Below, piece by piece: positions 1-11,919 of a stretch of DNA of 64,000 bases. Positions within the stretch are counted from its first letter, which is position 1. Each line of letters starts with the position of its first letter. Origin of the DNA: Zootoca vivipara (lineage: Eukaryota); contig NC_083294.1 of the NCBI RefSeq assembly GCF_963506605.1, positions 33,108,001-33,172,000 on the forward strand. The letters are read 5' to 3'. The position numbers were made by a program, and so were the translations under genes. The notes below the pieces were generated by a model, which did no database searches, had not been told where the DNA came from, and saw only the letters and a list, made by a program, of their open reading frames with translations.

Positions 1-216
1 ATGCAACTCTAGAACTTCTGAAATCAGTTTGAAGACCACTTAACACAGACTTTCTTCTTTCCATCTAAAGCAATATGCTATTCTCCCTATTTTTGCCAAA
101 TACATGTTAAATTGCAACAGAAAGGACTGTAGCACTTTAGGAAACAAGCAACCACCAAGATTGACTCACAACACTATATTTCTTTAACTTTACTGTTGGG
201 GATATTTATGATTATA

Positions 217-412
217 CAGTAGTACCTCTGGTTACAAACCCCAAACCATTCTTAACCTGAGGAGCACTTTCGCTAATGGAGCCACCTGCTGCTGCCGTGC
301 CACCAACGCACAATTTCCATTCTCATCCCGAGGCAAAGTTCTCAAAATGAGGTACTACATCCGGGTTAGCGGAGTTTGTAACCTGAAGCATTTGTAACCC
401 GAGGTTTCACTG
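217..412. mobile_element. pogo/Tigger-like MITE
   Basis: TA|CAGTAGTACCTC...GAGGTTTCACTG|TA. Interior is related, in inverted orientation, to 4656-4894. Confidence 0.8.
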
Positions 413-700
413 TACTGTACAACTTCTATCATAGATTAAAATCAGTTATAACATAGGACTTTCTTTGAGCTGTCTGATAGCAATCTCTTCTTGGTATTTT
501 CTTCAAAATAGAGTCACCTTCAGTTTTTGAATAGTTAAAGAAGAATACTAAAATTCAGGCTTCCTTATGCCGATACTAGACCATTGCTGTTTCCTGACTC
601 CCATCTGTTTTATCAGGACATGCACAGAATTTCCTGCTGAAATGAAACAGAAGGCTGCACAACTGCAATACCTCATTAATTGCCCTTAACACCTTTTATT

Positions 701-888
701 AGGGAGGGACAATAACTCAAAAATTGAAAGCATGCTTTGCATGCAGAAAGTCCTATGTTCAATCACTGGCACCTCCAGTTAAAAGGATCAGGCAGCAGGG
801 CTAGGAGAGGGAGCACTACTGGTCACAATAAAGAATACTGGATGTGATACATAGACAGGCTGACCTGGTATAAAGCAACTTCTCATGC
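701..888 (+). mobile_element. degenerate tRNA-derived SINE (Squam3-like)
   Basis: gcatgctttgcatgcagaaagtcc...gttcaatcactggcacctccagttaaaaggatcagg...tataaagcaacttctcatg resembles the recalled Squam3 consensus. Confidence 0.7.
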
Positions 889-1321
889 TGCTATTAGAAT
901 GAATTGTGAAACCTGTGTTCCTTTGTTGGGACGGTCTTAGGTTCTGGACCTTCTCTGTCAGACATAGGTGCTCAGAGCAAGCATTACATTCATATTATTT
1001 CTATAGGGCATGTGGTTTTGCTCTATGTCTTCAGATAGATAGATCCTATGGTAAGGAAGGGACAATATGAGCTCAATCTCATTCAAGACACATGCAGAGA
1101 GAAGACTGCAAAGAACAATGGCATGACAACTGGGGGGGGGGGACAGGACGGGACGGACAAAAGTGGTTCCCTATAGAAGATTTTAGGAATAAGAATGAGA
1201 GCCTGCAGGAAACACCAACATAGAATGCAGAAAGTTAAACAAATCCATGCTTCTACAGTAACTAAAGGAGGTTTGCAATCCTGCTGTAGCTAGACCCTTA
1301 CATCTGGATGTGGACAAACCA

Positions 1322-2668
1322 TCCTATATAATAAAGTGCAAGTGTCTCTGCGTCCAGATTCCCTGTGTCCCGTTTTCCGCGCTAATGCGCATGTGCCCCA
1401 GGGACACAGGGATTGGACGAAGAGACTGCAGGGGCACACTTGAAAACTTCCAGCGGCGTTGGACGGGACTCTCAGCGTTCTACAGCCTAACGGAAGGAGA
1501 GCAGAGAGACCCAGACGCAAAGGAACGAACGCCTCCCAGCATAAAGCCCTGAAGCCAGAAACGGCATTAGAGCGGTAAAGTTTCTACTATTGTTTTTAAC
1601 CCAATAAAATAACCTGGCACTTGGAAACAAAATGACTATGAAATATTGAAGCGCTTTTAGTGCCAGAGTAAACTGGAAACTAATGAATACCGGGGGAAGC
1701 GGAGAAGGAAAGGAAATTGTTCCGTTTGTAATCCAACATCGCGCAAGAACGCAAAGGGTTCGGCAATAAAAAGAAGGGGAAAAGATTGCTGCAAAGGAGG
1801 AAAACAAACAACACTCGCAGTCTGTGTGTGTGGAGGAGAGAGAGAAAGTGGGGCCCCAAAACACCCTGGAAAATAGAACTGAGATATAAACGGGGAGCTT
1901 GGAAAAAGACTGTTCCCAGACTAAAGCAGAGGTAGAAGCAGCGGAGACATTTTAAAACAGAGTCGGACTTTCAGAGGAAAAAGAATATAAATCACTACCT
2001 GAAACAAAGATGGAGCAGTGTGGAGCGATGAAGGGTTGGGAGTACTGAGCAAACAACTGAGAGGAAAGGAGAGAGCGCATACAAAGAGAGACACCACGAT
2101 CGGAAAAAGGAAGAAATTGCAGACAGCGACAACAGAGGAACAACAGGAGAATAAGAGTAGAAGGACTGAGTAAACCAAAAGATTGGAGCAGCGACACCGG
2201 TGGTTGGACCTGGAACTACATGTGAATAAAATGACGGCAACAAAGAAAACAGTGTACGGTGCGGCAACTAGCCAACAGGGGAGATATATAGATTCCCCCC
2301 TTCTTTTTTCTGTTGTGTAGGTTTTCTTTCTGTATTTTCTCCCCCCCCCCTTTTTTGGTTCTTGTCCCCCCCCCCCGCTTTGTCTTTTACATTTTTGTAT
2401 TTTCGATAGCTATTGATGGTCGATATGTCTGTATATGTGTATCATTTGAATTTATAACTTTTAAAACAATAAAGAATTTATATTTCAATGTGGCCAGAGC
2501 CCCCTGCAGGGCACTTTGGGCAGCCTCCCGAGGCAGGATCGCCGCGCTCCTCACCGCCGCCTGCTGCTGCTGCTGCTCCTGGGCGCTCCTTCTGGCCTTG
2601 GAGGCCCAGCACCCTTATCAAACTCACTGTTCTAGCACCCGTTAATTTAACGGGCTTCAAGATACTAG
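1322..2668 (+). mobile_element. non-autonomous Helitron, complete, with cargo
   Basis: A|TCCTATATAATAAAG 5' end; subterminal hairpin CCCGTTAA-T-TTAACGGG (2638-2654); CTAG|T 3' end; no TSD. 5' end shared with the copy ending at 44235. Confidence 0.85.
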
Positions 2669-3056
2669 TGAAGTAATAATATGCGACCCTGCATTACAGT
2701 GCTGAGAATAATAATTGATTGAGTTAAAAATGCATTAACAGTTTACCATTACCGTATATTCTTCTGTAGTACAAACAGCCAAACTTCATCCCACGACATA
2801 ACCCTAAAGCAAATCTTTTGTATGTTGATTGACTCACAATGTCTGTTGTTGACATAAAACAGTAGCTTAGCTTTTGAACATCTTTCACAAAAGCTCATCT
2901 GCCTCCATTGCCAGTTGACAAAACTATCAATTTCTGGTCAAATGTTTGTTGTGCATTTAATTCTACGGTGCAATGTGTCTTTATTAACTTCTTTAAAATA
3001 TTTTAATGAAAGACAGAAAGAAATCAGTGGTACAATGGACAATTATCCTAACAAGC

Positions 3057-3060
<4 letters not shown>

Positions 3061-3107
<47 letters not shown>
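3061..3107. repeat. (GA)n microsatellite
   Basis: Seen directly. Confidence 0.98.
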
Positions 3108-3109
<2 letters not shown>

Positions 3110-4655
3110 GGATAGGAAGGGCATTCAGAATGAGTTGAGACAGGTGTGAAGGACCTAAAAGTATAAACAGAAGGGACATCTGGAGTGAGACTTGACTTGA
3201 CCATAGCTGCAGGTTTGAAGACAGAAATTTATATTGTCTTCAGTCCCTGCTTCAGTCATTGTTTGTAGGCCTGCCATATTATAAGGCAGGGATAACCCAC
3301 CACTATTATCCTTCTCCCAGATACTTATTTCCCAAGATAAAAACCACATTCTGCAGAGAAATGCCACTCACAACTTCTGCTTAACACTGTACTCCACCTC
3401 CTTTTCTGTATATAGCTTATTCAGTATTTCAGTAATCCTTAAGACTAACTGTCCTAAGGTTTTTGTTTCGCTCAATAAATATATATTCTCTTCACTCCAA
3501 AAATTGTTTAAGTATGACCAAGTGATAACTCTGTGGGATCCATATTTAAAGTTGGCTTTCTATGAGTTGTTACCAGTGCTGGGTTGTAACCATGTTGCAG
3601 ATTTATGTTTAAACATACTTCTTGAATATCCCCACCTACCACACTTTTGGCTGCTTCTTAAAAATGTGTTAAGGTATAATGTGAATGATGATTGTGTAAA
3701 ACAATGGAATTGCTTGTATAATTGCAGCAGTATATCCTTCATTTAGTCTCTATGGCACAGATGCAGTTATACCTACCATTCTATAGGACTTAACTGTACT
3801 CAGTGTGTACAAACTAGCTAACATGGGAAAAGCCTGAAGACAGCAATCATGTAAAAATATATTTAGGAAGAAAAGCAGTAATATCATGTTTCATTATTTC
3901 CTAAGAGAAAGAAAAGGTTAGCGTATGATTATACCCCCAGTATTTATTTGTCTTTAAAACAAAGAAACTGTCACACAACATAAGAATTAAAGGCATCAAA
4001 AGAACAAATACAAAATGTTGGTCAGGAGCACCTGAGGTGCACTTGACCATAAAATACTTATTTCATCATTCTCTGTAAAATGATGTCACTTCATAAGACA
4101 AACACCACACGGTTTCTAAAACACGAGAACAGCCTGTGGTGATGAAATCTGTGCAGGATGCATAATTTATCCATTCAATGCCAATTTGAGATATGGGATA
4201 TAAGAAAGTAATTCAAAGCAGTAAGAAGAAACACAAGAAAACAAACATGGTTCACAGAAGTAATGCCCTTTTTTCAGAATACCAAGTCTCTCTGTCCTGA
4301 AGGAAGGAAACAATTTTGATGATAATCAATACCTGCAGAAGCTCACAAAGCAACTGAGAAAGGTCAGAGCCTATACTATCCACACAGCCTTCTTTATAAC
4401 TTGCTTTCTTCTTGATGCTTACTGATAATGCAATAATAACTTATTTATAGGGAACATTTTGTTGGAAAATCATATGTGAAGAGGAACTGCAGGACCCAAA
4501 GGGATTTTTCTTGTTTTCAAGTCACTGATAATGCTTTGATCAGAATAAAAGAAGTTAGTTTCTTCTTCTAACATTGATTGTCTGCCCCCCCCCCCTTACA
4601 AAATCTTTCATACATCACGATGACTTTTAAAAACCCAGAACATGTGAAACAAGTA

Positions 4656-4894
4656 CAGTGGTACCTCGGGTTTTAGAACAGCCCTGTTTACGAATGATTC
4701 GGTTTACGAACTCTGCAAAACTGGTAGTGTCCCGGTTTGCGAAGTTTACCTCTGTCTAAGAACGGAATCCGAATGGTGGAAGGGGACCAGCAGAAGGAGG
4801 CCTCATTAGGGAAAGCGCGCCTTGGTTTAAGAATGGTTTCGGTTTAAGAATGGACTTCCGGAACGGATTAAGTTTGTAAACCGAGGCACCACTG
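4656..4894. mobile_element. pogo/Tigger-like MITE
   Basis: TA|CAGTGGTACCTCGG...CCGAGGCACCACTG|TA. Confidence 0.85.
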
Positions 4895-5149
4895 TACTTG
4901 GTTACATTTTATTATTTGTCTATTGGGGTAGGGGTGGTAGGTTTCCTTGAAATTTCCTTTGAAGATTATTCAATCTATTTTGGCAACTTTTCACCAGCCT
5001 TGGAAGTTTATTTCATTAAATGTAATATTTAAACCAAGAAACAATTACAGGACAATTATATATACTATTAGATCTGTTTTGATGCCAACACTGAACATAT
5101 TGATTTCATTCTTATATAATGAAAACAGTATATTTTAAGTGAATAAGAC

Positions 5150-6901
5150 TGTGTTTGTGTGAAAAATGCAGAGACCAGGCAGTGCACCAGACTTAGAGTA
5201 AAGCAATTTGGGGTTTCTAGTTGGGCCAAGAGATTGCAAAGGTATCCTGAGCTGATGCAGACCATACATTAACTGCCAAGGCTGAGCATTGAAGCTGCTT
5301 CCTAAAACCAGCCAGCACAATGTTAATCCTAGTAGTAGAAGAATCTTGTAAATATCAGTATCAGTCACCTTCATAGCGTTGCAATCTTGTTTTCTATTTG
5401 GTGCATGGTGTGTGTCAGCTACAGAACTCAGATCATTGATATCATCTGAAAGGTGGTTTTGATGGATGTCAGACAATCACACGGGTTAGTACTGCCACCT
5501 GGCATCAAAGGCAAGGGATGTTCAGGGTCGATGAGTATGCAGCTACTTCCTATCCTCACTCGCTGAGATGTTATGGTGAAGAATATTAGACTTTAGGCCC
5601 AACTTGAAGCCACTATGCAGGAAAGATAGCAGCTGTTGCACAATCATGTTATATGGAGAAAAACTTTGAGAACGACACAGTGGGGGGAAATGGACTGCAA
5701 GCTTTCATAAATTCTGTTTGAAGATGGCCGATGTGATAATAGTAGCAACCACTTTAGGACATTCATATCTATGCTCTGTGTTCCACTTGGATTGATAACA
5801 GATTATGTTTGACCCAGCTGAAAAGAAGATAGGATTCTGCCTGAAGATGGGAGATTTCACTGTAGAGCTGTCAGTGTGAATGAGCACTGATGGAAGTAGA
5901 GAAGGGCAAGGCACACTGCCCACAACTCAAGCCAATTAATGTTGTGGGCAGATTCTATCAGAGTCCATAAACTGTGGTAAACTTCCCCTAGCAGGGGAGC
6001 TCTCCAGCAGGATTGTTCCTGGATCTTGGCACAGACACCCTTGTGGAGATTCTGGAGAGGTGTCAACCAACAACAATATATGTGGAATGATGGAGGCAGT
6101 CAAAGGAGCATGTACCAGGTATTGGAAATGTGTGACTGGAACAGCAATAGGAATTACTGAAGCTTAAAAGTGTGGTGGTAAGCCCAAGGTACAATCTGGG
6201 TGGTTAATACAAAGAGACTCTGGGCTCTCACCAGAAGTATGACACCTGCAGAAGGCCTTTGCAACAGTGAATGAGCCATTTGCCAAATGGCCACAATCTG
6301 TTCTGGAGAAAAAGAAAAATGACGGCAATGTGTCCAGAATGGCACTCAGGTATATATGCTGCCTCATAATCAGGTGGTTCTTTTCCGTGTGTGTGTGTTT
6401 GTGTTTAGAAACCTGTGGTCCCTCAGGGCTGAAAGAGATTCAAATATAGTTTGAAGCATGATGAAAAGTGTTCACTTGTACCAATAGACCAGTGGTTTTC
6501 AAAGGATGTGGCAAGAGAGGATGGCAAGTATGGTGGAGAGATTCAAGGACAATCAAAGAAATATTTAAACATTTCAGTGTTGCCAAAGTGTCGAAAATGG
6601 CCCTCAGGTGTAGATACGGACTCACAGCCAGGTGGCTCTTTTCAATGTTTTTTAAGAAATCCGTAGTCCCTCAGAACTGAAAGTGTGATTCGAAGCATGA
6701 TGAAAAGTGTTCACCTGCACCCTTTGCAGCTGAGGAAGACTGGCCAGGTTTCCCCCCAGAAGCTGACTGCAGACGTCATTGGAATGGCTGTCCGTTCAAG
6801 GATGGGTGGAATGGGCAAGTATCATGGGCCCTACCAAAGGGGTGTCACCATGGAAAAGGTTGTGATATGTGTGATATCGAGTTAAGAGAAGATATAATAA
6901 T

Positions 6902-6934
<33 letters not shown>

Positions 6935-8200
6935 AATAATTTATACCCCGCCCATCTGGCCGGGTTCCCCCAGCCACTCTGGGCGGCTTCCAACAGAGTA
7001 TTAAAATACAGAAATCCATCAAACATTATAAGCTTCCCTAAACACGGCTGCCTTGAGATGCTTTCTAAAGGTCTGGTAATTGTTATTCTCTTTGACCTCT
7101 GGTGGGAGGGCATTCCACAGGGCGGGTGCCACTACTGAGAAGGCCCTCTGCCTGGTTCCCTGTAATTTGGCTTCTCGTGGCGAGGAAACCTCCAGAAGGC
7201 CCTTGGCACTGGACCTCAGTGTCTGGGCAGAACGATGGGGGAGGAGACACTCCTTCAGGTATACTGGACCGAGGCCGTTTAGGGCTTTAAAGGTCAGCAC
7301 CAACACTTTGAATTGTGCTCGGAAACGTATTGGGAGCCAATGTAGGTCTTTCAGGACGGGTGTTATGTGGTCTTGGCGACCGCTCCCAGTCACCAGTCTA
7401 GCTGCCGCATTCTGGGTTAGTTGTAGTTTCCGGGTCACCTTCAAAGGTAGCCCTACGTAAGAGAGCATTGCAGTAGTCCAGAGTGACAGTAGTTAGAATA
7501 GGCTTGTGCTTCTTCTGGGGTCTATCAAGACCTTGAAGGCCTTGTCTCCAAACAGGTTAGTTCCCAAATACAAAGCTATAAATAAGTTTATTCTGAATGT
7601 ATTATCTGCACCCCAATGACAAAGCCAGAGGATTTGATCTGTGACAACATCATCAGCCATTGAGTGGGCAGTAAAGTGTGTGGCATCCAGGGTTACATCT
7701 TGCATGAAAGTGGCTGCTCTATGAAGTTGCAGCAAAGCTTTTCAAACCTGCTCTGGTTCTTGATATTGATCATTCAACAGTTCATCATTAGGAGATGATA
7801 AACTAAAGACATCACTGTAGCCAGTTTTGACACTAAACTGCATATAGTTGGAAAGGGGGACTACATATTCCTTTCCCCTTACTCACTTACAGCTATCAAT
7901 ACAATCTAGCCCCTATGTCAGGGAAAAGCAGCAATCTGGTGAGTGTGTGATGGTGGCAGGGAAGAGGTTGACCCAGGAGAAGGCCCAGCAATTTTGGGGG
8001 TTTGGTGTCACCCATGAGGCAGGATAGGAGGAATAGAAAGGGTCAAAGCAGTCAGATATGGAGGTGGGGGCACAAGTCGTGTTGCAAGTGGAGGAAGGGC
8101 CTGTTTGGGTGAGTGGCAGGCTAGTCAAATCCCTGCAATCCCCTGTCTCCTAGAACTAGGAGGGGCTTGAAGAAGGAAGCAAAATTACAATTTCCATGCA
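5150..8200 (-). mobile_element. heavily decayed DIRS1-type (tyrosine recombinase) retrotransposon, interrupted by an L2; boundaries approximate
   Basis: Motifs in DIRS order on the minus strand: gag-like AHSMADDVV..ILWLCHWGAD..LFGD (~7720-7545); RT FLKNIEKSHL..LHLRAIFDT and IVPWA (~6680-6160); RNase H NINWLELWAVCLAL / VLIHTD (~5960-5870); recombinase N-terminus LLSFLHSGFKLGLKSNILHHNISA (5638-5561). Confidence 0.7.
6895..7481 (-). mobile_element. L2 LINE 3' end, 5'-truncated and young, with (AAC)n/(AAT)n tail
   Basis: Uninterrupted ORF 7019..7468 LQLTQNAAARLVTG..HITPVLKDLHWLP..FKVLVLTFKAL, typical of the L2 ORF2 C-terminus. Confidence 0.9.
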
Positions 8201-8957
8201 GAAAAAATAAATAAATCTCCAATTGGTTGAGCATACTCCATCAGACAAAGGCACATAAGCTCGGTTAATACCATCTATGGAGATGCTAGAAGTATGTGTT
8301 CATGTGTATCTGATGCTGTAAGTGTGTGTTTTCGTCAATAAAGAATTAGCAGTCGGTCGTTTGTTTTCCTTGACTGGGTGTGCTCAAGACACCCCCATGA
8401 GTGGAAGAACAAACAAGTTACAACCATGGACAAAGAATGCCATGTGAGATGACTGACAACACATTGTACCTTTCTGTTCCTTTGGCCAACTGATTTGTCC
8501 CAGAGAGGGTTCTAATGTGGTAACACAATGAACAAACCAGTCATAAATAAGTTGCAGCACAGCAGTTAATAGGAGTTAAGCTTGGACTACAGATGTGCAC
8601 TACCTCCCAACCAACAACCATGCCTCATTTTTACAAAAGTGTCAAGTATCTTTGAGTACCTCCAATTACTTGATTTCAAATTATTTTTATGTTCATCTAT
8701 CAAAATTAAAGTACAGAAAGGTGGTGATTTCCAGTTACAACAGATTTGTAAAAATACAATAAAAATATGTTCTGTTTTCTTAAAATCATATGGTTAAAAT
8801 TGCATGTAGTGAGATTATACTCCGAGAACTGTTTGCAGACTTGGTGTATGCAAATTGCAGATAGTTACACAACAGATTAAGGCTTGCTGCTGGCAATATG
8901 GATCAACATGCTCAGCAAATGGCTGAGCAGTATTGATAATTCTAGGCAATTTGAATA

Positions 8958-10290
8958 CCGTGTTTCCCCCTTTTTAATACGTACTCAAAAAGTAAGGCAT
9001 GGCAGGGTTTTTAATCGTTTGAGAAATGTAAGACATACCCTGAAAATAAGCCATACTTCCGCGACGTGCGGAGCAAGACCACTGAGCGCCTCAGCCAGCT
9101 AGCGGGACCCAGCACGGTGGCCACAACAGGAGGAGGAAGCCTGCCGGGTTGGGTCGGTGCCCGGAAGCGGCGGCGGCTGCTGCAGCGCCGATAAAGCGTG
9201 CAGCAGTGCCGCACAGAGCACCGAGGGCACAAGCCAGCAGGACCCAGCTCCTGCAATGCCGGCCGTGGCAGGAGGAGGAAGCCTGCCAGGTCAGGTTAGC
9301 GCTCAGAAGCGGCGGCGGCTGCAGCGCTGACAAAGCGCGAAGCAGCGCCGCACTCTCTGTGTGCGTGTCCATCCCTTTCTCTGTGTGCGCGCGCGTCTCT
9401 CTCTCCCTCCCCGTGCGTCTTTCTCTCTCTCCCCCCCCTTTCTCTGTGTGTGCGTGCGCGTCTCTCTCTCTCTCTCCCTACCCGTGCGTCTTTCTCTCTC
9501 CCCCCCTGTATGTTTGTGATCACGTCTCTTCCCCCCCCCCCCGACAGAGAAAAGGTGCCACGCAGGTTCCTCTTCGGCTTGTCATTCAGCTGCCCCGGCC
9601 TCCTTGCCGAGAGCTGATGCCGCTCCTCTCCCCCTCCTTCCCTTTCCCCCTCCCTTCCCTTCTTTCCGTCGGTCTGTCAGTTGGGGTAGCGCGCGCCAGA
9701 GGCGCAGGCCCAAGCCTCGTCCCCCTCGCGCTTCCCTCACGAGCGTCTCGGAGCGGGACGGGTCCCGGCCTCCCTCCTCATTCCCCAGCCAACATGAGAG
9801 AGCCTGGGGAGCAGCCTCTATACCTCCGCGCGCACACCCACACACCCGGCCGCCTCCGCCTTCGAAGCCATGGGAGATGAGCAGCCTCCCAGTGCTCCCA
9901 CCCAACCGCAAGTGCTTTGACTGCGACCAGCGCAGTCCCACCTACACCGACATGAAGGTGGGCAGCTTCGTGTATACCTCCTGCTCCGGCATCCTACGAG
10001 GTTTAAATCCACCTCACAGAGTGAGGTGTCTGTCTCCTAGGCAGGTGGCCATCCAGCCTCTGCTTAGAAGCCTCCAAGGAAGGAGAGCCCTTGATTCAGG
10101 ATGGGGAGGAGGGAAAACGAATAGAAGAGGCAGAAAATGCGCGCGGAAGAGAACGCCAAGCGTCCTGAGCCAGTGGGACCCAGTTGTGCCGGCACTTAAA
10201 AAAAAAAGACACCCCCTGAAAATAAGCCACCGTGTGTTTTTTTGAGGCAAAAAAGTTGTAAGACGGTGTCTTAAAAAAGGGGAAACACGG
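8958..10290. mobile_element. non-autonomous Tc2/pogo-like TIR transposon carrying captured host sequence (Pack-TIR)
   Basis: TA|CCGTGTTTCCCCCTTTTTAATAC...GTCTTAAAAAAGGGGAAACACGG|TA. Subterminal motif AAGACA..CCCTGAAAATAAGCCA near both ends. CpG-rich interior, no transposase. Confidence 0.88.
9871..10024 (+). pseudogene. captured fragment of an AGFG1/AGFG2-family ArfGAP (HRB/RIP) gene, zinc-finger region
   Basis: EMSSLP(VLP)PNRKCFDCDQRSPTYTDMKVGSFVYTSCSGILRGLNPPHRV versus recalled human AGFG1 DMTGLPHNRKCFDCDQRGPTYVNMTVGSFVCTSCSGSLRGLNPPHRV. Third zinc-ligand Cys is Tyr. Exact paralog not resolved. Confidence 0.9.
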
Positions 10291-11321
10291 TACTCCCTGA
10301 AGGCAAGCATCCTATTCTGGGCCATGTTTTTTTCATCCATCCCTCATGATGCACTTAATTACAACAACCCACAAGTAGCCACTGGGCAAGACATAAGCAA
10401 GAGCCCAATCTAAGATGGGTGAAAGTGAGAAAAGGTTGGTGGGAAATTTCTGTCTCACATATAATTCTATACACATGTATAAGACAGCTATGAAAAACAA
10501 ACAAACCATGACCCACGTGAAAAATGTATTGGTATTCAAAATCTAGGGAAAAACTCCACACAACAGATTGCATTTTAAGACCTACAAGCAGATTTCAATT
10601 TATGGAAAGTGCAATATTGCCTCTTCCTTTCCATCACAATACTTGGCAACACCCCTCAACAAAATGCTACTCCTGAAGTTGGGGATCACACTATTTCCAA
10701 CTTGACACTTTTACTCCCCCCCCCCCAAAAAAAATCTATTCCATAACATTTTAGGATTTATTTGCAAAAATGTTTTTTAATATATATATTTTTCAAATTA
10801 TGAATCTCTAAATGCATTTTTATACTTTTCCTCTGAATTGAGAACTGCAGCTGGATGAACAAATGAATAGAAATCAATTGACCCCCACCACAGAAGTGGA
10901 AAAGTTTTCATTTCTGCAAGCACCTCTTTGAATCCAATTCAGCTGTTCTTGCATCATAAAGAGACTTGTGTGTGATATGACGCTTACACACAGTTCCTGA
11001 TTTCCTGATAGGTCAGAGAGTTCCATGCTTTCCTTAAGCTCTACTTAAATCAATGGGGCTTAAGTGCATATTAAGTATACAGAACATTATTAGACCATGC
11101 TAAGAAGAAGCTAGTTGTTTATTACTGTCATCCTATCAGAGGCATCTAAAATTTTAAATAGTTTTTTTAACAATTAAAGAATATCGCCTAGATACCGGTA
11201 GGAGATATGGCACCTTATAAACTTTATGAAAACAAATCACTGTACATTTTTTTTTGGGGGGGGGGATTAACAAAAATTCCAGCTGTAAATTAGAATATTA
11301 GTTAATAATCTGAACTAGTTG

Positions 11322-11457
11322 NNNNNNNNNNNNNNNNNNNNNNNNNNNNNNNNNNNNNNNNNNNNNNNNNNNNNNNNNNNNNNNNNNNNNNNNNNNNNNN
11401 NNNNNNNNNNNNNNNNNNNNNNNNNNNNNNNNNNNNNNNNNNNNNNNNNNNNNNNNN
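11322..11457. other. assembly gap (136 N)
   Basis: Run of N. Confidence 1.
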
Positions 11458-11775
11458 GAACACCTCGGTTTATGAATTTTCAGTTTATGAATGCCGCGGA
11501 CCCATCTGGAACAGATTAATTCACTTTCCATTACTTTCAATGGGAAAGTTCGCTTCAGTTTATGAACGCTTCAGTTTATGAACAGACTTCCGGAACCAAT
11601 TACACCCATGCTTCAGTTTATGAACGCTTCAGTTTAAGTACTCTGTGGACCCATCTGGAAAGGATTAATCCACTTTCCATTACTTTCAATGGGAAAGTTC
11701 GCTTCAGTTTATGAACGCTTCAGTTTATGAACAGACTTCCGGAACCAATTGTGTTCATAAACCGAGGTACCACTG
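11458..11775. mobile_element. pogo/Tigger-like MITE with internal ~150-bp tandem duplication; left end runs into the gap
   Basis: Right end CCGAGGTACCACTG|TA. Same family as 21898-22219, inverted. Followed by (TA)n to ~11832. Confidence 0.85.
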
Positions 11776-11779
11776 TATG

Positions 11780-11836
<57 letters not shown>

Positions 11837-11919
11837 AAAGAACATAGTAAGAAAGAAATGCAGTAAGTGTAGAAATAAATAAATTTATTTAAAAACATAA
11901 GGGAGAGGGGGATACTCAC

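Noticed and set aside
9149-10245. Long ORFs of 243 and 213 aa as intact genes
   Set aside because: They are GC-rich, low-complexity transposon cargo. Only ~50 codons are AGFG-like and those are mutated.
11908-11919. GTATCCCC overlapping the GTGAGT donor as a U12 donor
   Set aside because: It lacks the conserved TT, and the U2 donor keeps the frame.
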